A model generated the notes under the pieces. The model did not search any database, was not told the origin of the DNA, and was given only the letters and a program-made list of their open reading frames with translations. From the NCBI GenBank assembly GCA_003135855.1, contig PNBD01000044.1, forward strand, positions 10,905 to 74,904: DNA of 64,000 bases. Direction: 5' to 3'. A program made the translations under genes and the position numbers. This document shows positions 9,816 to 18,762 of this stretch, piece by piece; within the stretch, counting starts at the first letter, position 1, and each line of letters begins with the position of its first letter. This stretch comes from Deltaproteobacteria bacterium (GTDB lineage: Bacteria > Desulfobacterota > Binatia > Binatales > Binataceae).

Positions 9816-10979
9816 TCAGACCGCGCGCAACGAATCAATCACGCCGATTCTCGAAGCGCGCCATGCGGGTAGCAATCCGCCGAGCGCGCCGATCATTATT
9901 CCCGCGATCAGTCCGGAGATAAACGCGCCGGGCGTCATCTGGAACCGGAAAATGAACTGGCCGACGTTCATCAACTGACTGCTGATTCCGGTCGCCGTCG
10001 CGAGCACTATTCCGAGGATCTCGCCGACAATCGCACCGGCAATTCCGAGCAGGATACTTTCGCTGACGAAGGAGAGCAGCACGCTTCGGCGATTGAAGCC
10101 CAGCGCACGCAGCACGCCGATCTCGCCGGTGCGGCGCGTCACGGCGGAATACATCGTGTTCATCGCGCCGAAGATCGATCCAATCGCGAGGATCAGTGCG
10201 ACCGCGAGACCCAATGCGCGCAACTGATCGACGAAGTCCGTCTGGCGTGTATAGAATTCGTGCTCGGAAATCACGTCGACTCGCACGCGCGAATCCGTCG
10301 TCAGCGAACTCTTGAAGGCATCTTCCATTCCCGGCTTCAGAATTACGTGCAGCAAGTTGAAGCCGTGGCCCATGTGAAAGTCCTGGGTCAGCAGATCGAG
10401 ATCGGTAAGGACCTCGGATTCGCGGGCGCTATCGCGGTCCGAAAAGACGCCCACGATTTTCCAATCGCGCTTGCCAAAACGAAAATCGCTGCCGATTGCG
10501 AGATTCGGAAAACGCGCCGCCAGCTTGCGCCCAACTACCATCTCGGCCGCGCCACCCGCCGGCCATCGCCCGCTTTCAAGCTTCATCCCGCGATGAACCT
10601 CGTATGCGATCGGATAGACGCCGCGCAGATGCGTGAAGATCACCTTCGACGCCGGTTCGTCGGGCGCCGGATTGAAACCGGTCACCATTTCGGGCGAGAC
10701 CAGCGTCTGCCCTTTCGCGTTGGTTGCGATCTGCGCGTGGCTCTTGATGATCTTGTACTGATCGAGCGTCAGGTAGCTGTCGGGTTCAGTCGCAGTTCCA
10801 CGACTCAGCACGATGAAGGTATCGGGCACCGCAGTTTTCAGGACTGTCTGGCGGAGTCCCGCGACGAATCCCGACAGGATGAACAGGATCATTACGACCA
10901 GCGCCACCACCAGCGCGGTCATGAGCGAGGTGGCGCGCCGCACCATCAGGCTGCGCAAGTTGTAGCGAATCGGAATCAC
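9816..10979 (-). CDS. ABC transporter permease, FtsX-like (type B paralog, second copy)
   Basis: MIPIRYNLRSLMVRRATSLMTALVVALVVMILF..., with the same architecture as 7322-8482. First gene of a four-permease operon. Confidence 0.8.
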   Translation of the reverse strand: MIPIRYNLRSLMVRRATSLMTALVVALVVMILFILSGFVAGLRQTVLKTAVPDTFIVLSRGTATEPDSYLTLDQYKIIKSHAQIATNAKGQTLVSPEMVTGFNPAPDEPASKVIFTHLRGVYPIAYEVHRGMKLESGRWPAGGAAEMVVGRKLAARFPNLAIGSDFRFGKRDWKIVGVFSDRDSARESEVLTDLDLLTQDFHMGHGFNLLHVILKPGMEDAFKSSLTTDSRVRVDVISEHEFYTRQTDFVDQLRALGLAVALILAIGSIFGAMNTMYSAVTRRTGEIGVLRALGFNRRSVLLSFVSESILLGIAGAIVGEILGIVLATATGISSQLMNVGQFIFRFQMTPGAFISGLIAGIMIGALGGLLPAWRASRIGVIDSLRAV

Positions 10980-11321
10980 GCGGTTGCCGTCCCTTCGGTT
11001 GCGGAAAATGGAAAGAAGAACGCCGATCTAATTCATCGAAGTAGGCGAGTTTATACCCAGACGCGCAGTCAATCCATATCGCAATGGTCCTGCAAGCGGG
11101 AAATCTACGTCGCGGAGAAATTCGACACGGCATGTACACAATACCCAGATAAAACCTTGCTGGGTGGCCGCCGTTTGGTCTATAAGGCGAGCTGAAATCG
11201 GAGAGTAAAACGGAATCCGGTTTCGATGTTCGGAGGCGGCGGCCAGTATCGGCGCTGGACCTCTCCTCGCCATCACAGCGCCAACCGGTCGAGACAAGCA
11301 CAATCCGAGGGAGAAAAAGCC

Positions 11322-12779
11322 ATGATCAGACCGAGCAACCGGATTTGGATTGTTCTGTTAATGTCGGGCCTGATTCTGTCGTTCGTCCACGCCGACGCCC
11401 AAGAGGGGTCCCAGAAGGGTGCCCCGAACCCGTACCTGAAGGGGACCGAGGGCTACTACAAGGGGCCACGCGGGCTGACAAGCTATCAGCCGATAGCCAT
11501 CGATCAGCCATTCGCGGCAAGGATGGCCCAGGACGTGGCAGCCAAGCCGGGCATCGAACGCGAACATCAGGCGCTGCTCGACGAGCGCTACGACTTGGGC
11601 GATCACCCTGCCCGAGGCGTGACGATGGAACGTGGAAAACCACTGCAGCAAGGTGTGCGCGTCAAGCTGCCATCCGGGGTGACGTGGGATCAGCTGGCGA
11701 CGATGAGCCCGGACGACATCCGTGGGCGGGGCGTATGGCCGAAGGGGTTCCTCCCCCTGCCGCATCCCTTCCACCCTACCGGCGGCTTCGTGTTTCCGAA
11801 GGAGGAGATCGACGCGATAAAGCGGCAGGACGGGCGCGACCTGACTCGCTTTGACATCGATTTCGACCTGCCCGAACGCTTCCTGGCCGCATTTCCGCCA
11901 GCCATGTACCTGACCCCGCGACCGGATCTGGGCGATGTCTCGCAAGGCAAGCTGGTTTCGCTCACCAACTACTTCGAGATGTTCAACGGCATTCTCACGC
12001 CACGTCAGTTGGAGGGGCTGCGCTTGTTGCTGACGCCATTCCCGCAACAGCAGTTCAACGCAACCGACGATCGCAAATCGGAAATACCCAGCCAAGGCTC
12101 GGCCTGCTTCGATTGCCATTCGAACGGCCACCAGAACGGCACCACGCACCTCGCCCCCGATACCCGCCCGGAGTGGTTCCGTCACCGCATCGGGACAGTG
12201 TCGCTCCGCGGCGTTAACATTCAACGGCTGTTCGGCTCGCAGCGCGCGCTGAAGACGATCGAGGATTTCACCGAGTTCGAGCAGCGCACGGCCTATTTCG
12301 ACGGCGACATCGTGACCGCTGCGAAGAAGGGCGTGAACCCGCTCGAGCGCGGCAGCCAGGTCGACTTCATGGCCGACTTCGAGGAGATGCTGGACTTCCC
12401 GCCCGCGCCTAAACTTGACTTGCTTGGCAAGCTTGATCCCGCCAAGGCGACGCCAGCCGAAATGCGGGGACAGGGGATCTTCTTCGGTAAGGGCCAATGC
12501 GCGAGCTGCCATCAGCCGCCCTATTACACCGACAACCTGATGCACGATCTCGAAACGGAGCGCTTCTTCAAACCGGAAATGGTCAACTACGCGATGGAGG
12601 TCGGGGACGGGAAGATCAAGACGTTCCCGCTGCGCGGCGTCAAGGACAACCCGCCCTACCTGCATGATGAGCGTTTGCTGACGCTGGACGACACGGTCGA
12701 GTTCTTCAACCTGGTGCTCGGCGACAAACTGACCGCGGAGGAGAAGCAGGATTTGGTGGCGTTCCTGCGCGCCCTGTAA
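11322..12779 (+). CDS. Secreted di-haem cytochrome c, cytochrome-c-peroxidase/MauG-like haem spacing, with a ~230-aa N-terminal extension
   Basis: ATG at 11322 with a GAGGGAG RBS. Signal peptide MIRPSNRIWIVLLMSGLILSFVHA. Two CXXCH motifs (CFDCH and CASCH) about 140 aa apart. The track's start at 11226 adds an unlikely Arg-rich leader. Confidence 0.65.
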   Translation: MIRPSNRIWIVLLMSGLILSFVHADAQEGSQKGAPNPYLKGTEGYYKGPRGLTSYQPIAIDQPFAARMAQDVAAKPGIEREHQALLDERYDLGDHPARGVTMERGKPLQQGVRVKLPSGVTWDQLATMSPDDIRGRGVWPKGFLPLPHPFHPTGGFVFPKEEIDAIKRQDGRDLTRFDIDFDLPERFLAAFPPAMYLTPRPDLGDVSQGKLVSLTNYFEMFNGILTPRQLEGLRLLLTPFPQQQFNATDDRKSEIPSQGSACFDCHSNGHQNGTTHLAPDTRPEWFRHRIGTVSLRGVNIQRLFGSQRALKTIEDFTEFEQRTAYFDGDIVTAAKKGVNPLERGSQVDFMADFEEMLDFPPAPKLDLLGKLDPAKATPAEMRGQGIFFGKGQCASCHQPPYYTDNLMHDLETERFFKPEMVNYAMEVGDGKIKTFPLRGVKDNPPYLHDERLLTLDDTVEFFNLVLGDKLTAEEKQDLVAFLRAL

Positions 12780-12794
12780 TCAGATTCGGGAAAC

Positions 12795-12828
12795 CAGACA
12801 CGGGCAGCGCAGCAGCCGCCCGTGTCTG
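12795..12828. terminator. Hairpin (11-bp perfect stem CAGACACGGGC/GCCCGTGTCTG) between convergent genes
   Basis: Inverted repeat read directly at 12795-12805 and 12818-12828. Weak U-tract, so it may be Rho-dependent or a bidirectional attenuator. Confidence 0.35.
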
Positions 12829-12839
12829 CGGGAAAATCG

Positions 12840-13370
12840 TCAGGACATCTTCTTCAGCAGGTCCGCCATGTCGTTGGCGTGCTCTTCTTCGGCCTTGTTG
12901 ATCTGCTCGATCATGATTCGCGTGGTCGGATCGTCATTGGCGAGCCATCGAATGATCTCGGAGTAGGTCTCGATCGCGATTCGCTCGGCGACCAGATCTT
13001 CCTTGATCATCTCCGTCAGGTTTTGCCCCTCGGCATATTGCGAATGACTCCTGGTCGCGAGGCCGTCCGGATTGAAGTTCGGCTCGCCGTCGAGTTGCGT
13101 AATTCGCTCAGCGACCCAATCCGCATGCTGCTGCTCTTCGTTGGCATGCTGCAAGAATTCTTTTTTGGCGGCGTCGGCGTTGATCCCCTGCGCCATGTAG
13201 TAGTGACGCTTGTAGCGCAGCACGCATACAATTTCTGTCGCGAGCACTTCATTGAGGACGGACAGCACCTTCTTGCGGTCCGCCTTGTATCCCTCGGTGA
13301 CGGCGCCCGCTTCCATGTGTGCGCGAGCGCGTTGTCGAATCGTTTTAACATCGGTCAAGAACTCTGCCAT
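12840..13370 (-). CDS. bfr: Bacterioferritin-like / ferritin-like diiron protein
   Basis: 176 aa, helical. E-x-x-H-type metal-site residues (EEQQHADW, EEEHANDM) and an overall Bfr-like pattern. Convergent with the cytochrome gene. Confidence 0.6.
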   Translation of the reverse strand: MAEFLTDVKTIRQRARAHMEAGAVTEGYKADRKKVLSVLNEVLATEIVCVLRYKRHYYMAQGINADAAKKEFLQHANEEQQHADWVAERITQLDGEPNFNPDGLATRSHSQYAEGQNLTEMIKEDLVAERIAIETYSEIIRWLANDDPTTRIMIEQINKAEEEHANDMADLLKKMS

Positions 13371-13500
13371 TGGAAATTCTCCTTGGTTACTTCAAGCCTA
13401 ACTCGTTTGCCGCACTATTGGCAGGGCGAGACGGGCCGGTGAAGACTCTGCTCTGTCGTGCTACGGTTGGGGCGAATCTCGGGACCGCCGGAAGTAGCTT

Positions 13501-14874
13501 TTGGAACCTCGCATACTCGCGCGCGCGGAACATCCCATCTCACGTCGAGATATCGACGCCAACGTCCTGAAGGTGCTCTATCGCCTGACAGGTGCGGGCT
13601 ACCTTGCGTTTCTGGTGGGCGGCAGTGTGCGCGATCTGATGCTCTCGCGACGGCCCAAGGACTTCGACGTCGCAACCTCGGCGCATCCGCAGGAAGTGCG
13701 CGATTTGTTCCGCAACTCACGCCTGATCGGCCGGCGCTTTCGCCTGGTGCACGTTTTCTTTGGACGGCAGAATGTCGAGGTCGCCACCTTCAGGCGTCAA
13801 GCCGAGGGGGTCGCCGATAGCGACGATCCGCTGATCCGGCTCGACAATACTTTCGGCACGCCCGAGGAAGATGCGTTTCGCCGCGATTTCACCGTCAACG
13901 CGCTTTTTTACGACGCGCAATCGTTTCAGGTGATCGATTTTCCCGGCGGCGTCAACGATCTCGAAGCGCGCCTGATCCGCACGATTGGCGATCCTGAAAT
14001 CAGGATGCGCGAAGACCCGGTGCGGATGATGCGTGCGGTGCGCTTCGCCGCGAAACTTGGCTTTGAAATCGAGCCGGCGACGCGCGCCGCAATTGAACGG
14101 CATCGCGCGGATTTGCGCAAAGCCGCGGTTCCGCGCCTGGTCGAAGAAACATTTCGCACACTGGGACAGCCCGAAGCCGCGCACGCGGTCGTTCTGATGG
14201 AGGAACTCGGACTTCTCGAATCCGTGGTGCCGATTTTGTCGGAGCATCTGAAGGCGGGCGAGGGCACGCTGTCGGAGCAGGCCACGATTCGCAACGTCGC
14301 GGCGCTCGGCAAGGCAATCGCGGCGGGCGCAATACCTGAGCGATCGACGGTGCTGTCCGCGCTGATGCTCGACGTGTTCCGCCGTCAGTTCGGGCGCGCC
14401 CGTGCGGAGCGAATCGATCTGCTGGCATCGCTTCGCGCACGCGGGTTCGCTCGCGGCGACACCGAGCAGATGCGTCTGATCCTCGAGGCGTTCGAGAATT
14501 TCGCGACTCCAACCCGGCGCACGCGACGCCTGATGCGCCGGCCGTACTTTCCCGACGCGCGGCTGTTCTTCGAGATGACCGCCCCCACCTACAGTATCGA
14601 CACCAGCCGCATGATGCGGTTTCTCGCCGATCCTGACAGCTTCGCCGTGACGCCCGTTCCAGCCGCTTCGCAATCGCCGGCCGGCGACCATCGCCGGCGC
14701 CGGCGGCGTCGTCGCGCACGCCGCGGGTTCGGCTCGAATCAGGCAGGCGCTGGCGCTTCGACGGCGACCGATCAAAGCGGATCCGGCCAGCAGCCGCATC
14801 TCGATAACGGAAGTTCGGATGGTCGCGGTTCGGTTGACGGCAATTCGGCTGGCTCGGAGCGCGAGCGCGACTGA
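13501..14874 (+). CDS. pcnB: Poly(A) polymerase I (tRNA nucleotidyltransferase superfamily)
   Basis: GGSVRDLMLSRRPKDFDVATSAHPQEVRDLFRNSRLIGRRFRLVHVFFG..EVATFR is near-identical in pattern to PcnB. Arg-rich C-terminal tail. The start may lie slightly upstream (non-ATG). Confidence 0.85.
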   Translation: MEPRILARAEHPISRRDIDANVLKVLYRLTGAGYLAFLVGGSVRDLMLSRRPKDFDVATSAHPQEVRDLFRNSRLIGRRFRLVHVFFGRQNVEVATFRRQAEGVADSDDPLIRLDNTFGTPEEDAFRRDFTVNALFYDAQSFQVIDFPGGVNDLEARLIRTIGDPEIRMREDPVRMMRAVRFAAKLGFEIEPATRAAIERHRADLRKAAVPRLVEETFRTLGQPEAAHAVVLMEELGLLESVVPILSEHLKAGEGTLSEQATIRNVAALGKAIAAGAIPERSTVLSALMLDVFRRQFGRARAERIDLLASLRARGFARGDTEQMRLILEAFENFATPTRRTRRLMRRPYFPDARLFFEMTAPTYSIDTSRMMRFLADPDSFAVTPVPAASQSPAGDHRRRRRRRRARRGFGSNQAGAGASTATDQSGSGQQPHLDNGSSDGRGSVDGNSAGSERERD

Positions 14875-15016
14875 TCTGACCGCTTCGACTGTTTCGTTCG
14901 TTTCAGATAGCCATCGACTAACCAATCCGCTTCTACTAACTTGGCGTTGCAGACGATGCGCGCGGTATCGCGCGAGCTTGCGGCCAATTTCATTCCGGAC
15001 GAGAGGCGAGAAATCC

Positions 15017-15943
15017 TTGGCGGCCAACAATTTACGTTCCGACAAAATCTGGATGGACGGTGTGATGGTGCCCTACGATCAGGCCACCGTGCACGTGCTC
15101 ACCCACAGCCTGCACTACGGGCTGGGCGTGTTCGAAGGGATGCGCTGCTACAAGACCGACAACGGTCACTCGGCGATTTTCCGCGGCCGGGAGCATATTC
15201 GGCGGCTGATCGAGTCGGGGCACATCGTCGAGATGGAAGTTCCTTACAGCCAGGAGGAATTGCTCAAGGCATGCGTCGATGTCGTGCGGGTGAACAAATT
15301 CGCCGAATGCTACCTGCGGCCGCTGGTGTTCTTTGGCGAAGGCGAGATGGGACTTTCGGCACGTGGCAACAAGATTCGCGTATCGATCGCGGCGTGGCCG
15401 TGGGGCGCGTATCTCGGCCAGGACAGCATTGAAAAAGGCGTCAGGCTCAAGACCTCGTCGTTCGTGCGATTTCATCACAACTCGATGATGCCGGCCGCGA
15501 AGGCCACCGGGCATTACGTCAATTCGATCCTCGCCGGCTATGAAGCGCGTCGCAACGGTTACGACGAAGCGCTACTGCTCAATACCGAGGGTTTCGTCGC
15601 GGAAGGCAGTGGCGAGAACGTTTTCGTGATTCGCGACGGGATCGTGTCGACGCCGCCGCTCACCTCGGTGCTGGCCGGAATCACGCGCGACGCAGTCATC
15701 CGGATTCTGCGCGACCTCAGGATCGAGGTGCGCGAGCAATATTTTGCGCGCGACGCATTCTACATCGCCGATGAAGCATTCATGACCGGCACGGCCGCGG
15801 AAGTGACGCCGGTGGTCGAGCTTGACGATCGCAAAATCGGCTCGGGGCGGCCCGGATCAATCACGGCCAAGGTGATACAGGTGTTCCAGGATGCGTTGCG
15901 CGGGCGGGATCCTCGCTATCGCGAATGGCTGTATCAGGTCTGA
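15017..15943 (+). CDS. ilvE: Branched-chain-amino-acid aminotransferase
   Basis: Contains IWMDGVMVPYDQATVHVLTHSLHYG...FEGMRCY, the IlvE fold-type IV signature. Start set at TTG 15017 with a GAGAGG RBS, giving 308 aa. The track's start at 14819 adds a non-homologous leader, and ATG 15053 is an alternative. Confidence 0.8.
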   Translation: MAANNLRSDKIWMDGVMVPYDQATVHVLTHSLHYGLGVFEGMRCYKTDNGHSAIFRGREHIRRLIESGHIVEMEVPYSQEELLKACVDVVRVNKFAECYLRPLVFFGEGEMGLSARGNKIRVSIAAWPWGAYLGQDSIEKGVRLKTSSFVRFHHNSMMPAAKATGHYVNSILAGYEARRNGYDEALLLNTEGFVAEGSGENVFVIRDGIVSTPPLTSVLAGITRDAVIRILRDLRIEVREQYFARDAFYIADEAFMTGTAAEVTPVVELDDRKIGSGRPGSITAKVIQVFQDALRGRDPRYREWLYQV

Positions 15944-16003
15944 AACATCTGGAACTTTTCGCCGCCGTCGAGTGTTAAAAGGGGGGCGGCTGGCGGTCAT
16001 CGT

Positions 16004-16594
16004 ATGAAGTTGTTGACCTTTGCTTTAATCGTGCTCGTGGTGGCGGTCGGCGCGATCGCGCTCAGGCCGCGAATCGCGCGCGCGGATCTGGTCAAGGTAG
16101 GCCAGCTTGCGCCGCCATTTTCGGCGCAGATGGTTGCCGGCGATCAGCAGACGCCCGTCTCGCTGTCAGATTTCCACGGCCGCAAAGTCATTCTCTATTT
16201 TTATCCAAAGGACGACACGCCCGGATGCACCAAGGAGGCGTGCGCGTTTCGTGACGGCTACGCGCGGTTTCAGAATGCGGGGCTGGTCGTGCTCGGCTGC
16301 AGTATCGATTCGGCGGACTCACACAAAGAATTCATAAGGAAATACAGTCTGCCATTTTCGCTGTTGCTCGATCCGGATCGAAAAATAGCGAGCGCCTACG
16401 GCGCGGCGAATGGCATCCCGATCCTCGGACTCGATCGGCGGGTCACTTACGTGATCGACGAGAACGGCAAGGTGCTGAAGGTCTATCCCAACGTGGATCC
16501 GGCGACTCACGCGATCGAGATTCTGAACGATCTCGGTGCGGCCGACGCCACGCCCGCTGCTCCTGAGCAAACGCCAACACCGGCTGCCGACTGA
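16004..16594 (+). CDS. bcp: Peroxiredoxin, Bcp-type thiol peroxidase with N-terminal signal/anchor
   Basis: FYPKDDTPGCTKEAC active-site motif. N-terminal hydrophobic segment. Confidence 0.8.
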   Translation: MKLLTFALIVLVVAVGAIALRPRIARADLVKVGQLAPPFSAQMVAGDQQTPVSLSDFHGRKVILYFYPKDDTPGCTKEACAFRDGYARFQNAGLVVLGCSIDSADSHKEFIRKYSLPFSLLLDPDRKIASAYGAANGIPILGLDRRVTYVIDENGKVLKVYPNVDPATHAIEILNDLGAADATPAAPEQTPTPAAD

Positions 16595-16600
16595 GGCTGG

Positions 16601-17356
16601 TTAACGCATCGCCTCGCTCGGTGAGTAGCCGAGACTGACTGCCAGCAGAACGGCCGCCGCCGCGAGCGTCTCGGGATACCTCTCGTCGCAAATCATCGTC
16701 GAGAGAACGGCAAGATGCGCCGACACCGTAGCCGCATCGTCGTCGCGCGCGCATCCAACGCTATCCGAATCGAAGATCGCATCGATAATCGCGTTGGGAT
16801 CATAACCTGATTCAGCCAGCGCTTCCCGTATTGCGCGCCGCCGGAATTCGCGCGGCTCGACGAGATCGAAATCTACGATCGCATCGATTCGCTCGCGAAA
16901 CTTCGGCAGCAACGATCCATATCGTGCATTTGCGTCGAGATGCGGAGCTACTTGCTGCTCAGCTAGAAAATCCTCGACCGCGGCTTGGTCGCCATACACG
17001 CTGAGCGATCCAGTTGCCGGCTCGAGCTTGACGAACTGCTCGTCGCTACTATCGTCGATTCGCTCGATTCCCAGGGGATAGAGGCGGCACGCCAGCGGAC
17101 GTCCACGATGCATCCCGCAGCGCACGCCCTCGAGCGCGATGCATGCGCCATGATCGGTGAATTTCAGGATCGATCCGCGTCGAATCGTGTACCGCGCGAT
17201 CGCCTCGGCCGTTGTGATTCGCCTGGTGCGCGCTATTCGCAGCACGTCATACGGCGACAGCGTGATCACCTTGTCATGGCAGCATCGCCCGCACGCGTTG
17301 CACACATAGGAGAACGGACTGTTACGATTCATGATCGCTTTTGGGCTATAGTACAA
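16601..17356 (-). CDS. YkgJ-family cysteine-cluster protein (putative Zn/Fe-chelating CxxCxxCC domain)
   Basis: CNACGRCC motif near the N-terminus. The start could be the internal Met at 17332. Confidence 0.55.
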   Translation of the reverse strand: MYYSPKAIMNRNSPFSYVCNACGRCCHDKVITLSPYDVLRIARTRRITTAEAIARYTIRRGSILKFTDHGACIALEGVRCGMHRGRPLACRLYPLGIERIDDSSDEQFVKLEPATGSLSVYGDQAAVEDFLAEQQVAPHLDANARYGSLLPKFRERIDAIVDFDLVEPREFRRRAIREALAESGYDPNAIIDAIFDSDSVGCARDDDAATVSAHLAVLSTMICDERYPETLAAAAVLLAVSLGYSPSEAMR

Positions 17357-17422
17357 ACGGCCGAGAGCGACGGATCAAGCAACCGCGTCGCCTCGGACCG
17401 CCCCAAAGTAAGGGAGTACTCC

Positions 17423-18613
17423 ATGGATTTCACTTGGTCGGCTGAACAAGATGCGTATCGGATGCAGGTGCGGAGTTGGCTCGAAGCGAACCGGCCCCGA
17501 TCGCTCGGGCCGCGCGGCGACGATCCCGAAGCGAGCGGCGATGAGGAAAACTGGCATCGCCTGAAGAGCTGGCACACCAAGCTCTACGACGCCGGGTGGG
17601 CCGGACTCACCTGGCCAAAAGAATACGGCGGCCGCGGCGCGACGTTTATCGAGCAACTGATTTTCAACCAGGAGCTCGGACGCCTCAACCTGCCGATGGG
17701 ATGCAACGTGCTCGGCGTGATCATGAACGGTCCCGCGCTCATGCAGTGGGGCACCGAGGCGCAGAAAAAGCGCTACCTGCAGCCGATTCTCGCCGGCGAG
17801 GAAATCTGGTGCGAGGGCATGTCGGAGCCGGGCGCCGGCTCGGACCTCGCGTCGATCCAGTGCCGCGCGGAGTTGAAGGGCGATGAGTTCATCGTCAACG
17901 GGCAGAAGGTGTGGACCACGATCGCGCATCGCTCGCAGTTCTGTCAGCTGTTCGTAAGAACCGATCCCGAAGCGCCGAAGCATAAGGGAATGAGCGCGCT
18001 GATCGTCGATATGCGGAGTCCCGGTGTGACCGTGCGGCCGCTCAAGCAAATTACCGGCGACTCGGAATTCAACGAGATTTTTTTCGAAGACGTTCGAGTG
18101 CCGAAGGAGAACCTGCTCGGACCGATCAACATGGGATGGCAGGTGCTGGTCGCTACGCTGATGCATGAGCGATTCGGCATCGGCGAGACGCTCGGCGGTA
18201 CCGAGCAAGTGCTGCAGCAGATCGTGCAGATCGCGAAGTCGGTCCACGTCAATGGACGGCCGGCGATCGAGGACAACGATATTCGCCAGCAGATCGCCCA
18301 GTTCGCGATCGAGACGACCGCCAAGAAATACAACGGCCTCAGGAGCCTCTCGAAGCGTCTCAAGGGGCAGCAACCGGGGCCCGAGGCCTCGATCTCCAAG
18401 CTGCTCTCCACCGATCTCGGTCAGCGAATGACGAAATTTGTCACGCGCATCCTCGGCGGATACGCGATGCTCGAGCGACGCTCACCGTTCGCACCCGAAG
18501 GCGACTGGATGCGGCGAATCCTCTCGTCGGAAGCGATGACGATTGCCGGCGGGACCTCGCCAGTGCAGAAAAACATGATCGGCGAGCGAATCCTGCAACT
18601 GCCCAAGGGCTGA
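17423..18613 (+). CDS. Acyl-CoA dehydrogenase family protein
   Basis: ATG 17423 with an AAGGGAG RBS. ACAD motifs (GMSEPGAGSD, catalytic-region conservation). The track's 16985 start is an antisense overlap with ykgJ. Confidence 0.85.
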   Translation: MDFTWSAEQDAYRMQVRSWLEANRPRSLGPRGDDPEASGDEENWHRLKSWHTKLYDAGWAGLTWPKEYGGRGATFIEQLIFNQELGRLNLPMGCNVLGVIMNGPALMQWGTEAQKKRYLQPILAGEEIWCEGMSEPGAGSDLASIQCRAELKGDEFIVNGQKVWTTIAHRSQFCQLFVRTDPEAPKHKGMSALIVDMRSPGVTVRPLKQITGDSEFNEIFFEDVRVPKENLLGPINMGWQVLVATLMHERFGIGETLGGTEQVLQQIVQIAKSVHVNGRPAIEDNDIRQQIAQFAIETTAKKYNGLRSLSKRLKGQQPGPEASISKLLSTDLGQRMTKFVTRILGGYAMLERRSPFAPEGDWMRRILSSEAMTIAGGTSPVQKNMIGERILQLPKG

Positions 18614-18635
18614 TCTCCGGGCGGACGAATCTCCG

Positions 18636-18668
18636 AAGAGGCGGTCCGACCGGCCGCCTCTTTTCGTT
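18636..18668 (+). terminator. Rho-independent terminator after the acyl-CoA dehydrogenase gene
   Basis: GAGGCGG-loop-CCGCCTC stem followed by TTTTCGTTTG and a further T-run. Confidence 0.6.
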
Positions 18669-18762
18669 TGCGAATTTTTTTTAAATTCGCGGGTTGTATT
18701 TGACACATTTTTTCGACAGTTGTTTCCACCAAGCAAAGACCGCGACCTTGGAGCCTGTGACG

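Noticed and set aside
11358-12665. 435-aa minus-strand ORF
   Set aside because: Fully embedded antisense to the cytochrome c gene. Arg/Leu/Ala-rich low-complexity translation. High-GC artefact.
13717-15045. 442-aa minus-strand ORF
   Set aside because: Antisense to pcnB, and the ilvE 5' region, which have unmistakable homology. Artefact.
16985-17422. 5' extension of the acyl-CoA dehydrogenase ORF
   Set aside because: It overlaps ykgJ on the other strand. Homology and an AAGGGAG RBS begin at ATG 17423.
18670-18762. Sigma-54 (TGGCAC-N5-TTGC) promoter upstream of amt
   Set aside because: Looked for the -24/-12 elements expected for NtrC-dependent amt expression and did not find a convincing match.
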